Under the pieces are notes generated by a model. The model searched no databases and was not told the DNA's origin. It saw only the letters and a program-made list of their open reading frames with translations. The translations under genes and the position numbers were made by a program. Source: a virus (Duplodnaviria > Caudoviricetes). From it: 25,774 nt of DNA. Where the stretch lies: positions 1 through 25,774 of the IMG/VR virus record IMGVR_UViG_3300037760_000086; one strand, 5' to 3'. Shown here one piece after another: positions 1-9,087 of the stretch. Every line of letters begins with the position of its first letter. The stretch's first letter is position 1.

Positions 1-1
1 G

Positions 2-193
2 ATCACCGTGGGAGCTGATTCGGAGATCACGGGCATCTACCAGGACCTTCGAGTCGTCGTGGAAGAGGATCGATCGATCACCGTGGGAGTCGCAACAGGC
101 CAATTGGATTACAGAGAAATCGCCAAGTTTGGTACTGGCGAAGATCAAGCGCAAGTGGGAGCCTCAACCATTATCACCGGAACATACGCATGA
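2..193 (+). CDS. 3' end of a probable tail structural protein (partial, runs in from the window edge)
   Basis: Open frame from base 2 (ITVGADSEITG...STIITGTYA); beta-rich V/T/G/I composition; TGA overlaps the next ATG (ATGA at 190-193). Confidence 0.6.
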   Translation: MTVGADSEITGIYQDLRVVVEEDRSITVGVATGQLDYREIAKFGTGEDQAQVGASTIITGTYA

Positions 194-1911
194 AGACACG
201 ACTGCTAGAAGAAAATCAGGAAAACAGAAACCGTGAAGTGATAGTCAAGCGGCGATCTTGCGTCGGCATGACCTGGCGCTTTCGGGTCTGCAACAAGGGC
301 ATGAAAGAGGAGGACAAGCCGGAGTTTGGTCCGGAGCATCCCAACCTGCTAGTGGGCGCTCTGATGGGATCGCTTGTAACGACGGTTCCGTTCTCTAACT
401 TCTTCTCAACGGCTTCAGTCGCGGAGCCCGTCATCCTCAAATCGGGGACGGGAACAACGCCGAATGCCGCGACGCTCGACGGCACCTACCAGCAGAGCGG
501 GACGACGGTCACCCGAGCGACAGGGACGGGGACATTTGTGGGTGGCAACGTGGGAGATTTCGTGAAATTTGGAACCGGCGAAACGGCCAAAATCTTGAGC
601 GTAACATCGACGGTTGAGGTCGTAGTCAATAAGAGCCAGACCGTTGCGGCCACAACCCTTGCCGTCTTCGACACCTCTCGGATCGCCCTTGATTCGGAAA
701 GCGATAGCAACAACACGGGACATGGTCCATTCACCGTGGACGCATATGACGCGCCAACGGGAACGACTGTGTTTCGCCGAAGCCTGGTCAGTGCTGGGGC
801 AGTGGCTCCTGTGAGCTACACTGAATTCGGTTGGACGAGCGATGCCTTCGATGGGGTGGGCTTGGCATCGCGGATTGTGCTTGACGAGGCGGTCAACCTT
901 GAGGTCGACCAATACCTCGAGGCGCAGGTCGCGATGCGGGTCGTGACAGAAAATTTCCGCACAGAGGCGGCGCTGACGCTTGATATCACCGGCTGGCCAT
1001 ATCCTTACGCGATTCAATCCATTACGAGCGACGGGGCCAACTGGGACGTCGTCGTGAGCCCTGATTGCAACGCGCACTTTCTGGTGGGTGGCGCGATCAA
1101 CATTGCTGGCGCGCTGCCGGCCACGGCGGCGATCACCGGGATCACGAGCACGGGCAGCGATTTCACAGTCACGGCGCCAGGCCACGGTCTGAGCGTCGGC
1201 AACTCGATCGAGATCGAGGGCGCATCGCCAGGCGGTTATGACGGCACCTGGACGGTCGATTCTGTCGATGGCGATGACGTGACGATCCTCGATGCCGCCA
1301 ACCTAGGAGTCGGAAGTGGCGGGACGATTCGCAAATCGACGCCGGGAACCTGGTACGATGGGGCGCACACCATCGCTTCGTTCCCCGCGGCCAACACGAT
1401 TCGAATCACCAACGCCACATCGATCATTGATGCCGGCGAGGGCGGGACAGTGAAAAACAACCTGACTGCCACGGGAATCATTACCGGCAAGGGTGTCATG
1501 GATCAGGTGTCTAGCGTGACGAACCGGCGAGGCTTGTTGGATTTCGGGCCGGCCGGCCCTACCGAAAGCAGTGTCCGTGGAATTCGAATGTATCGTGCGG
1601 CCAATCTAAAAACGGGCATGGTGCATGGCGTGGATCACAGCACAACAGGAGCGGTTACCGGCCTTTTATTGCCGACATCAGCCGCTTACAATGCCGACAC
1701 GATGATTGAGACGCTGACCTGGCTGATCCCTACAGCTACATGGAACTTCCAAGACATTAGACAGATGGAAATCTATTGCTCCATTCCCGCGGGATCGGGT
1801 AGCTTCTGGATCACCTTTGCTCAACCGCAACGCAAGGACGCCGGCTTTCAACTCACCGTCGCTTGGCAGCACTATTGGGAACCCGAATTGAACGACCTCG
1901 AGATCGGATAA
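190..1911 (+). CDS. Tail fibre/tail-associated structural protein with FCCH-like beta repeats
   Basis: 573 aa, rich in T/G/V/A; contains ITGITS...VTAPGHGLSVGNSIEIEGA...YDGTWTV, a motif typical of FCCH-like repeats in phage structural proteins; lies directly upstream of the BR0599 gene. Confidence 0.7.
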   Translation: MKTRLLEENQENRNREVIVKRRSCVGMTWRFRVCNKGMKEEDKPEFGPEHPNLLVGALMGSLVTTVPFSNFFSTASVAEPVILKSGTGTTPNAATLDGTYQQSGTTVTRATGTGTFVGGNVGDFVKFGTGETAKILSVTSTVEVVVNKSQTVAATTLAVFDTSRIALDSESDSNNTGHGPFTVDAYDAPTGTTVFRRSLVSAGAVAPVSYTEFGWTSDAFDGVGLASRIVLDEAVNLEVDQYLEAQVAMRVVTENFRTEAALTLDITGWPYPYAIQSITSDGANWDVVVSPDCNAHFLVGGAINIAGALPATAAITGITSTGSDFTVTAPGHGLSVGNSIEIEGASPGGYDGTWTVDSVDGDDVTILDAANLGVGSGGTIRKSTPGTWYDGAHTIASFPAANTIRITNATSIIDAGEGGTVKNNLTATGIITGKGVMDQVSSVTNRRGLLDFGPAGPTESSVRGIRMYRAANLKTGMVHGVDHSTTGAVTGLLLPTSAAYNADTMIETLTWLIPTATWNFQDIRQMEIYCSIPAGSGSFWITFAQPQRKDAGFQLTVAWQHYWEPELNDLEIG

Positions 1912-2805
1912 ATGGCGGCTGCCCATCCAGACGACGCGGGACCGCAGACGAGGCCAACTTACCTCTACTCGATCCGACACGTCGACCAGGCCTCCCTGAC
2001 CCCGCTTTTCCTTACGGATCGAGAGGGCGGCGTGACGCTCGAAGACCTGCCGGCGAGCTACGGCGGCACCGATCCGCAGGAGTTCGCTTACGCGCGGATC
2101 GGTCATGGCCGGATCGCGCGTGAGGGAAACTTCGATAAGAGCACCTTCCAGGTCCAGATCCGGACCGCCGAATCGGCCGGGCTCTCGCGCTACGCGCTGA
2201 CCGGAGCCATCCCGAGAATCAAGGTCACGATCATCAAGGTCAACCCTGGCCCGGTGGACGCCGGGGAAAACGCGGTGTGGGGCGATCACACGATCGTCGT
2301 CCAGAGCGGGCTTCTGGCCAGCTTCGCTTTCCAGGGCTTCGACGTGGTGGCCGAGTGCGTGCCGGAGCCGTTGATCAGCGCCTACGAGATCCCGCGGTGG
2401 CGATTCTCCCGGACCTGCAATCACCAGCTTTACGGGCCGGGCTGCGAGCTGACCGCCGAGGATTGGAGTTTATCGACGAACATCGTCACTGTCGATCCGG
2501 TGACGAGGCAACTCCTGGTGACTGGCCAGCACATTGACGAGACGGGGAACTACTTCCGCCAGGGCGTGTGCCAGCATCAACCGACCGGATCCAGGCTTTC
2601 CATTTTCGCCTCGGCGACCGAGGGAGCGGACACCCTCATTACGCTCAACAACTGGTCACCGGACCTGGCGCCAGGCCACGTGGTCAACCTGTTGGCCGGC
2701 TGCGATCATCGGCTGACGACATGCCGGGACAAGTTCCTGAACGCCCATAATTTTGGGGGATTCGCGACGATTCCAGAAAAAAATCCGAGTTTGCATTCTT
2801 TGTGA
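1912..2805 (+). CDS. Phage conserved BR0599/DUF2163 family baseplate hub-associated protein
   Basis: CNHQLYGPGC motif and C-terminal AGCDHRLTTCRDKFLNAHNFGGFATIP, the hallmark of BR0599-family proteins; canonical position before NlpC/P60 and the tail hub. Confidence 0.9.
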   Translation: MAAAHPDDAGPQTRPTYLYSIRHVDQASLTPLFLTDREGGVTLEDLPASYGGTDPQEFAYARIGHGRIAREGNFDKSTFQVQIRTAESAGLSRYALTGAIPRIKVTIIKVNPGPVDAGENAVWGDHTIVVQSGLLASFAFQGFDVVAECVPEPLISAYEIPRWRFSRTCNHQLYGPGCELTAEDWSLSTNIVTVDPVTRQLLVTGQHIDETGNYFRQGVCQHQPTGSRLSIFASATEGADTLITLNNWSPDLAPGHVVNLLAGCDHRLTTCRDKFLNAHNFGGFATIPEKNPSLHSL

Positions 2806-2818
2806 GTATAAAAAAGAA

Positions 2819-2848
2819 TTGACGGCAGAGATGCCAGCGGCAAAGAAT
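2819..2848 (+). promoter_or_regulatory. Putative sigma70-like promoter for the HNH gene (near-leaderless)
   Basis: TTGACG (2819-2824), 18 nt spacer, AAGAAT (2843-2848), ATG 5 nt downstream at 2854; A-tract upstream; no SD. Confidence 0.4.
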
Positions 2849-2853
2849 GCCGG

Positions 2854-3552
2854 ATGCTACAACCCTATCGAAAAGGAAAATCAGAGCGAATCGATTATGG
2901 CGGAGTCACGTTTTTCCGGTATCCGGATTCGAGGCAGCGAGAAAATAGGGTTTATTTTGCTCCTGAAGCCTCCGCCAGGAAAGAGGGCATCCAGATGCTT
3001 CACGTCGAGATCTACAAAGATAACTTTGGGCCGATTCCGGCGGGGGCGCACGTCCATCATAAAGACAGGAACCCGCTCAATAACGATCCATCAAACCTGG
3101 GATGCCTGACGCCATCAGAACACTCAATGGAGCATGTAAGCGATGAATGGCACGCTAAGCTCAGGGAAGAAGGGAAGAAGCGGTTCCAGCGCTATCAGAA
3201 GGAGCGAAACGAATGGAAAAAGGAGACCGAGGAAGGGCGGGAATGGAACCGATCACACATGAAAAAGATGTACGAAAAGGCGGTCCAGAAACGAGGAGAA
3301 TCAGAGATCGTTTGCACCATTTGCGGAGAGACTGCGACGCGACCAAATCAAAGAGACGGCACGCCTTCGCTCTACTGCTCGACAATCTGCAACCAGACAG
3401 CCTTTCGTCGGCGGGCTGGCATTGGCACGGAACCGAGAGCCTACGCCTGCGCGGTGTGCGGGAAAGCGGGAGTGACAACCCTGCGGCGTCAGTTATACTG
3501 CTCCTATGAGTGCAAGGTAAAGGCGATGAACAACCGGAAGAAGAAGCCATGA
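2854..3552 (+). CDS. Free-standing HNH homing endonuclease with C-terminal Zn-finger repeats
   Basis: LHVEIY...GPIPAGAHVHHKDRNPLNNDPSNLGCLTPSEH HNH motif, then two CxxC...YCSxxC modules; visibly more AT-rich than its flanks. Confidence 0.88.
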   Translation: MLQPYRKGKSERIDYGGVTFFRYPDSRQRENRVYFAPEASARKEGIQMLHVEIYKDNFGPIPAGAHVHHKDRNPLNNDPSNLGCLTPSEHSMEHVSDEWHAKLREEGKKRFQRYQKERNEWKKETEEGREWNRSHMKKMYEKAVQKRGESEIVCTICGETATRPNQRDGTPSLYCSTICNQTAFRRRAGIGTEPRAYACAVCGKAGVTTLRRQLYCSYECKVKAMNNRKKKP

Positions 3553-4028
3553 TCTGGACCGACGAGGAGATAACATCGGCTGAGGCGGCGGCGCGGAGCT
3601 GGGAGGGAACGCCCCACATGCAGAGGCGACAGATCAAGGGCAAGGGCGTTGATTGCGTCCACCTGGTGATGGCGATTCTGCAAGAGGCTGGCGTGATCCC
3701 TCACTGTCGGCTGCCGCAATACCCGCAGCATCTCGGGGGCGGCAGCGGGCGGAACACGCTGCCGGATATCATCCACCAGGTACTGCACGTCGAGTCGATC
3801 GGGGTGGCAGAATGGGATCCGCAGACTGGCGACCTCCTCATTTTCAAGGCCATCCAGCGGACCAATCACTGCGGGATCGTCGTGGGCGGGATGGGCTGGC
3901 ATGTGGCGACTGGCCGCCCGGTGAGGGCACGGCCGATCAGGGCGGTGCGGCCGCGCTTGCAAGAAACACTCCGGCTGACTAAACGTGGTCTCGTGCGACC
4001 CGACCCAGAAAACCTGAAGATCCGATGA
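3549..4028 (+). CDS. NlpC/P60 family phage tail cell-wall peptidase
   Basis: ARSWEGTPH...KGKGVDCVHLV (catalytic Cys) and GDLLIF...NHCGIV (His). Start placed at ATG 3549, overlapping the HNH stop (ATGA). Confidence 0.9.
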   Translation: MIWTDEEITSAEAAARSWEGTPHMQRRQIKGKGVDCVHLVMAILQEAGVIPHCRLPQYPQHLGGGSGRNTLPDIIHQVLHVESIGVAEWDPQTGDLLIFKAIQRTNHCGIVVGGMGWHVATGRPVRARPIRAVRPRLQETLRLTKRGLVRPDPENLKIR

Positions 4029-4303
4029 GCGACACCAAAGTCATCAACTTAGACGACCATCGACCGCACATATCCGGCGAGGCGAGGTGTCTGGCGTGCA
4101 AGCATGAGTGGGTGGCCGCGGCGCCGATCGGAACCGACTGGCTCGAGTGTCCGGAGTGCGGCACCTTGAAGGGGCGATTCATCCGCCATTGCGAGCCCGA
4201 GGAGGGAATTCGTTGGCGTTGCCAATGCGGAAATGACCTTTTCCAGGTCTACGAAACAGGCATCCTCTGCCCAAACTGCGGGACACCCCAGTCATTCCCA
4301 TGA
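4025..4303 (+). CDS. Small Zn-ribbon protein
   Basis: 92 aa with CLAC, CPEC, CQC and CPNC; ATGA-coupled on both sides. Confidence 0.75.
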   Translation: MSDTKVINLDDHRPHISGEARCLACKHEWVAAAPIGTDWLECPECGTLKGRFIRHCEPEEGIRWRCQCGNDLFQVYETGILCPNCGTPQSFP

Positions 4304-7041
4304 GCGACAACTCCTGGATTTCATTTGCAGCGGGAGTCGTGGCGGGCGTGGTCGTCTGGGCCTTGACCGGCTTTACCAATCCCTATCTGGGGTATCTAGC
4401 TTTTACGCTCGTGGCTGGGGGGACAGCGCTCGCTCTCGGACCTGACACGCCGGACAACGGCAAGCTGCGGCCGGACGAGATGCAGTTCAATCAGAGCGCC
4501 GAGGACGCGACGATTCCCGTGATTTTCGGGACGAGCAGGGTAGCGGCAAACTATGTGTTTGTTGACGTCGACGCCATGGTCACGACGAAGATCAAGGAGG
4601 ACACCGGCGGGGGTGGCAGCGGCGGTGGGAGTTCGGAGACGACGGGGTTCAAGTATCGCGTGCCCATTGATTTCGCCTTTTCCATGGGGGAGATCGACGA
4701 GCTTGTGAGGGTGTTTGGATCGCCAGGGCTGGACGTTGGCTTCGAGGATCCGGATGGCGGGCTGGTTTTCGCTGGTGGTGCCCCGGAAGAGATAATCATC
4801 CGCTGGGTTGCGGGCGAGCGATCGCAAGACATCTCGCGGATCAATCACTTTGAGATTCAGGTCGAGGACGGGGACTTTCCCAACGAGGAAGGCGGGGAAT
4901 GCACCTTCTATCCAGGATCACCCACGCAGGGGAGCGATCTCACGACCGACGACAAGAATCACCGGCACGTGTGCTTCGCTTCATTCCCTGCATACCGGAT
5001 GACCAACACGACGGCGCCGCGATCGATGCTGGCCGAGATCAGGCGCATGCCGAAGGTGCTCGACGACGACGACGTGACGATCCCCAATTTCAACACGCGG
5101 GCCTCCAACAACACTGAGGATCCCGAGTACAACGACGCCAACCCGGCGGCAATCGCCTTCGAGATCCAGCGCAACCCGATCTGGGGTAAGGGGAGGCCGG
5201 CCAGCGAGATCAATGTGCAGGATTTCCGCCTGGCGGCGAGCTGGTATGCCGTCAACCGGATCGGTATCTCGACCGCGATGGGAAATCAGACCGCCAACGA
5301 ATTTATCAACCGGCTACGCGAGATTTTCGGGTTATGGATCTGGTGGGACGGTGAGCAAATTCGGTGTCTGTGCGTCTACGACAGCACGCAGGCCTACGAG
5401 AATCGCGTCCGCCTTTCGGCAGGCGAGATCATCGGGACACCGAGCGTTGCGCGGCCGAGCTTGGCCACGACCAACAACGAGATCAGATTACAGTTTACGA
5501 ACCGCGAGGAAAACTGGCAACGGACGGTGGCGAGCTTCCAGGACCTTGCACATGCTCAGACAGTTGGTGGGATGCGATCCAACGCGGTGGACGGGGCGGA
5601 GATCGGGACGAGGCGGACGGCTGAGCTGCTCGCTTACGCGATGTTGAGGCAGATGGCATATCCCGGCGCCGCCTGCACCTTGCAAGTGCAGCGGAGCCAT
5701 TCCGGGCTGCAGCCTGGATCCTTCGTCGAGCTGCTCTGGGACGAGTGGCGCGAGGCGGGGCTTGCCACCTCTTACTGGCGCGTCGTGGACATCAACGACG
5801 ACGAGCAATCGGCGGAGGGGATCGAGGTGAGCATGATCGAGGACATGTACGCCAGCGCGATCGACGGTGAGGTGGGGCTGGACGACTTTGTCGCGCCAAC
5901 CTCCGCGATCGAGGGTGATCAGCCGCTTTCGAATGAGGACCTCAATGAGGGCAAGATCATCCAGGACAGGGACCCGGGCGACATCGAGCCCGTCTATCTG
6001 GGTGAGCCCAACGCCTGGATCACCGGGATGCAGCGGCGGATCGTTGTCGGGCCCACGAAGCGGTCAACGCACCTGCGCAGCGTCAGCCTTGCCTGGAGAG
6101 ACGTAGGGAGCAGCACGTCGAGCGGGCTGGGCGTTATCTCGACTCTGCCGATCACCGGCACCCTCCAGACCAATATCCCGGCGAACGGCCCGATCATCGA
6201 CCGAGGAGACGGCGAGTTTGAGATTTTACTCACGGTGGCGGAGGACACCGTTCGATTTGAGGGGGCGACCGGGCTCGTCCAGGTACCGACAGACGACTTC
6301 TCCGCGCTGACGAAATTGGACGTGGCGCTCCTGATCATCGGTGATGAGGTGTTCAGGGTTGGCTTCGCCGAGGAGACGAGCGCCGGGACCGTGACGATCC
6401 GGACCTTTCTCCGCGGAGAGCTGGGCTCGCTACGCGCAGCGCACTCGGTGGGAGCACTGTGCGCCTTCTGGTCGGAGGCAGACGCGAGCAACCTTCTGCC
6501 GGCGGATGGGATCCCGATGACGACGGCCGTCGAGATTCTCGGGATCCCGAACACGCTCGGGGCATCACCTGACCCGACTGTCACCGTGGCACCGACCGGC
6601 GGGGGCGGAATCATCTTCGCGGGCCGGAGCTTGCGCCCATTCGAGCCAGGGCTGGTCGTGGCGACGAGGATCTCCAATACGTGGACGATCCAGATCAGGC
6701 CGCGGATGTGGGTGACCGGCGCGGGCAGCCGGCCGAACCTTCAGGACGACCTCGAGGCACTGGTGACGACGCTTGAGGGCCTGAGCCTGCGATTTGCCAA
6801 ATCGACCGGAGGATCGACCGTGACGCTCGTAGCAGACCAATCTTTCTCCACCCCGCCTTTCGCCATGCCTGCCAATCTTTCCATCGACAGCTACGCGTGG
6901 ATTCCCGACAATGGCAGTGCCGGCTCTGGCCTGATCGAGGCCGTGATCACGTTCGATTCCAGCCCAGCGTCGCTGCGGATTTGGGCTGGACACAACGGCT
7001 TCGAAAGCGAGACATTCTTGGCAATTCCGCAACCCACATAA
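4300..7041 (+). CDS. Large tail hub/central tip protein (Phage-tail_3 / GTA host-specificity-like)
   Basis: 913 aa; hydrophobic N-terminus, IPVIFGT, Gly-rich GGGGSGGGSSETTGFKY, DANPAAI, NEIRLQFTNRE, LQPGSFV and LRGELGS...AHSVGA motifs; follows BR0599 and NlpC/P60. Confidence 0.85.
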   Translation: MSDNSWISFAAGVVAGVVVWALTGFTNPYLGYLAFTLVAGGTALALGPDTPDNGKLRPDEMQFNQSAEDATIPVIFGTSRVAANYVFVDVDAMVTTKIKEDTGGGGSGGGSSETTGFKYRVPIDFAFSMGEIDELVRVFGSPGLDVGFEDPDGGLVFAGGAPEEIIIRWVAGERSQDISRINHFEIQVEDGDFPNEEGGECTFYPGSPTQGSDLTTDDKNHRHVCFASFPAYRMTNTTAPRSMLAEIRRMPKVLDDDDVTIPNFNTRASNNTEDPEYNDANPAAIAFEIQRNPIWGKGRPASEINVQDFRLAASWYAVNRIGISTAMGNQTANEFINRLREIFGLWIWWDGEQIRCLCVYDSTQAYENRVRLSAGEIIGTPSVARPSLATTNNEIRLQFTNREENWQRTVASFQDLAHAQTVGGMRSNAVDGAEIGTRRTAELLAYAMLRQMAYPGAACTLQVQRSHSGLQPGSFVELLWDEWREAGLATSYWRVVDINDDEQSAEGIEVSMIEDMYASAIDGEVGLDDFVAPTSAIEGDQPLSNEDLNEGKIIQDRDPGDIEPVYLGEPNAWITGMQRRIVVGPTKRSTHLRSVSLAWRDVGSSTSSGLGVISTLPITGTLQTNIPANGPIIDRGDGEFEILLTVAEDTVRFEGATGLVQVPTDDFSALTKLDVALLIIGDEVFRVGFAEETSAGTVTIRTFLRGELGSLRAAHSVGALCAFWSEADASNLLPADGIPMTTAVEILGIPNTLGASPDPTVTVAPTGGGGIIFAGRSLRPFEPGLVVATRISNTWTIQIRPRMWVTGAGSRPNLQDDLEALVTTLEGLSLRFAKSTGGSTVTLVADQSFSTPPFAMPANLSIDSYAWIPDNGSAGSGLIEAVITFDSSPASLRIWAGHNGFESETFLAIPQPT

Positions 7042-7045
7042 CACT

Positions 7046-7447
7046 ATGGCACTTTTACCAATAACCTCGCTCGAGACCCATCCCGTCGGCACCGCCGGCA
7101 TGAACGGAATCGTCAACGGCAACTGGGAGCAGCTCGAGGCGCTGCTTGGCCTTACGGTCATCACACCATCGGCCACGCCGGTGATCGCGCTTTCCGGCGC
7201 ACGAATCAAGACGATCGCGATCGCGGCAAACGTCACTTTCTCGACGTCCGGACGCGTCGCGGGCCGCAAGGTCGACGTGATCGTCGTGTGCGACGGCACG
7301 GGCCGGACCGTGGCCTTTCCGGCATGGGTCTGGATCGGGGGCGCGGCACCAACCGCAATTGCGGCGAGCAAGACGGCGATCCTTGAGCTGTGGGCGACAG
7401 GGACAGCCGAGACCAACATTGTCGCACGCTGGACCGTGCAGCCATGA
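7046..7447 (+). CDS. Small tail-associated protein
   Basis: 133 aa beta-rich protein with DGTGRTVAFPAWVWIGGAAPT, a motif type common in phage tail fibre domains. Confidence 0.65.
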   Translation: MALLPITSLETHPVGTAGMNGIVNGNWEQLEALLGLTVITPSATPVIALSGARIKTIAIAANVTFSTSGRVAGRKVDVIVVCDGTGRTVAFPAWVWIGGAAPTAIAASKTAILELWATGTAETNIVARWTVQP

Positions 7448-8349
7448 TAGAGCAGCTCTACGCCACCGAGCTGCGCGTAGCGGCGGAGTCAGCGCTGCTC
7501 AGCGGCACGCCATCTGGCGACTGGTGGGCTCCACCGGTGATTGCCGCAGCCGTGGCTAGGACCTTTGTGGGCGTGCTCGAGCGCAAAGACGTGTGGCGCC
7601 AGCGCAGGACCCGGATCGAGTATGGCAATTCTTGGGAGATTGCGACGAGTCATCCTGTCGGAGTGGGGTTTCTCGGCTGGCTGCTGAGCAATGAGCTTGA
7701 GGCCGTCTCTGGCGAGACATACTTGGCCTTGACGCCGGAAACACAGAGCCGGACCTACGTGCTCGAGGTGGAGAGCCAGGCCGGCGATCGCCAGCGATTT
7801 TCCGGGATGGCCATCCAGAGGATTGCTCTGCAGTGGCAAGAGAGGCGCTTGGTTGGCCTCGATGTGACCTGGGTGGCGCTTCACCGGACAACTAGCGTCG
7901 GGGCACTACCGGCGGCCGATCAGATCGACGAGGCGGAACGGATCCCGACGTGGCCAGGCAAAGTGGCACTGACGACCGGCGCATGGGGGGCCGACCCGCG
8001 TGAGGACAACGGGGCGAACTCCTTCGACGCCCAGCTCTTCATGAGCCGGGAGATTGCCGCGGCAGATTTCGGGCCGGGGATGGTTCCCCTTGGGCACACT
8101 TCGGCGCCATGGCGTGTCTTGGCGGAGACGATGACGCAGCAGACGGCACTCATGGAGACCGCCTTTTCCTCGCGATTTGCGGGCCGGATTGGCCTATGGA
8201 TTGGCCCGACGGCACACTTCCGGCTCGACAACGCGCAAGGCTTCGTTCGGGACGAAGAACTCAAGGCGAGCGACTGGCGGCAGCGACGGATCGGGGTGGA
8301 GGCATTCAGCGACAACTCCCGCCGGCTGCTGACCTATCACCCAAGCTGA
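7444..8349 (+). CDS. Tail protein, possibly a divergent tail-tube-fold paralogue
   Basis: Start at ATG 7444 (ATGA overlap); about 301 aa; LRVAAESALLSGTP N-terminus and SRTYVLEV...RFSGMAIQRIALQW resemble tail tube proteins. The fold call is tentative. Confidence 0.5.
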   Translation: MIEQLYATELRVAAESALLSGTPSGDWWAPPVIAAAVARTFVGVLERKDVWRQRRTRIEYGNSWEIATSHPVGVGFLGWLLSNELEAVSGETYLALTPETQSRTYVLEVESQAGDRQRFSGMAIQRIALQWQERRLVGLDVTWVALHRTTSVGALPAADQIDEAERIPTWPGKVALTTGAWGADPREDNGANSFDAQLFMSREIAAADFGPGMVPLGHTSAPWRVLAETMTQQTALMETAFSSRFAGRIGLWIGPTAHFRLDNAQGFVRDEELKASDWRQRRIGVEAFSDNSRRLLTYHPS

Positions 8350-8359
8350 TAATAAAGGA

Positions 8360-8388
8360 TTGTGAAAGATTCAGCGATGCACTAAGGT
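8360..8388 (+). promoter_or_regulatory. Putative sigma70-like promoter upstream of the lysis cassette
   Basis: TTGTGA (8360-8365), 17 nt, TAAGGT (8383-8388), then an ATG 7 nt downstream (8396). Confidence 0.4.
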
Positions 8389-8489
8389 CGGGTTCATGAG
8401 TGTAACGCTGATAGTCGTAATTCTATGACGGCTATGACTGAAGGGAGTGCGCTGTCATAGCATCGATCCCATGGCCGACCAACCGAGCG

Positions 8490-8825
8490 ATGAAAATGGA
8501 CAGGACCATGGATGAACCTAAGAAATCCCTCCTCGAGATTGCGATCTTTGGGGCATCGCTCTTTGCCGGATCGAGTGTGGCCGGATGGGCGTATCAGCTT
8601 TACCTGGACGAGAAGATCCCGCTGGCGAAGAAAGTCGGAGGCATTGTCCTGAGCGGCCTGGCTGGCGTCATTGTCGCGATGCTCCTGTGGAATCGGATCG
8701 ATGACAGGGTTCTGATCATCGGTCTCTCGCTGCTTGCGGGGATTGGCGGGGCGTCAACAATTGACTGGCTCATTGCCATGCTTCGGAGGCGAGCCATGCG
8801 TATATTAGGAGAGACCAATGAATAA
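8490..8825 (+). CDS. Putative holin (three TM helices, LydA-like)
   Basis: Three hydrophobic segments, SGLAGVIV and LAGIGGASTIDWL motifs, basic C-terminus (LRRRAMR); alternative starts at 8490, 8496 and 8508. Confidence 0.75.
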   Translation: MKMDRTMDEPKKSLLEIAIFGASLFAGSSVAGWAYQLYLDEKIPLAKKVGGIVLSGLAGVIVAMLLWNRIDDRVLIIGLSLLAGIGGASTIDWLIAMLRRRAMRILGETNE

Positions 8826-9087
8826 CAGCGGCGATTACATCCGGATAATGAAGGCGTTCTGCCTCTCCGCGCTCTCGGTCTTCATCATGATGGCGGCGTT
8901 CTATTTGCTCGGGGCGAACATTATCGAGGTGCGGATCCGGGCTCAATTGGAAGAGCGGATCCCGAAGGCGGTCGAGGAAAGGCTCCCAGAGGTGCTTCCA
9001 GAAATCCTTGAAAGCGAGCGGCAAGAGGAAGTTCGACAAATCGTGGACGAAGTACTGCAACAAAAACGGGAGGAAGAACAAGAATGA
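8818..9087 (+). CDS. Single-TM protein with charged helical tail (possible i-spanin-like)
   Basis: N-terminal TM (AFCLSALSVFIMMAAFYLLG) followed by an E/R-rich helix; overlaps the holin stop. Confidence 0.55.
   Translation: MNNSGDYIRIMKAFCLSALSVFIMMAAFYLLGANIIEVRIRAQLEERIPKAVEERLPEVLPEILESERQEEVRQIVDEVLQQKREEEQE

Noticed and set aside
1-90. 14-nt direct repeat GATCACCGTGGGAG at 1-14 and 76-89
   Set aside because: Both copies are in frame and encode ITVG; consistent with an internal protein repeat rather than an att site. The context is truncated by the window edge.
125-582. Hexapeptide KFGTGE shared by the first two ORFs
   Set aside because: Codons differ and the flanks do not align; probably chance in G/T-rich structural proteins.
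2790-3560. Group I intron around the HNH gene
   Set aside because: The BR0599 gene ends with its normal C-terminal motif, NlpC/P60 starts intact, and only 48 non-coding nt are available, too few for a ribozyme core.
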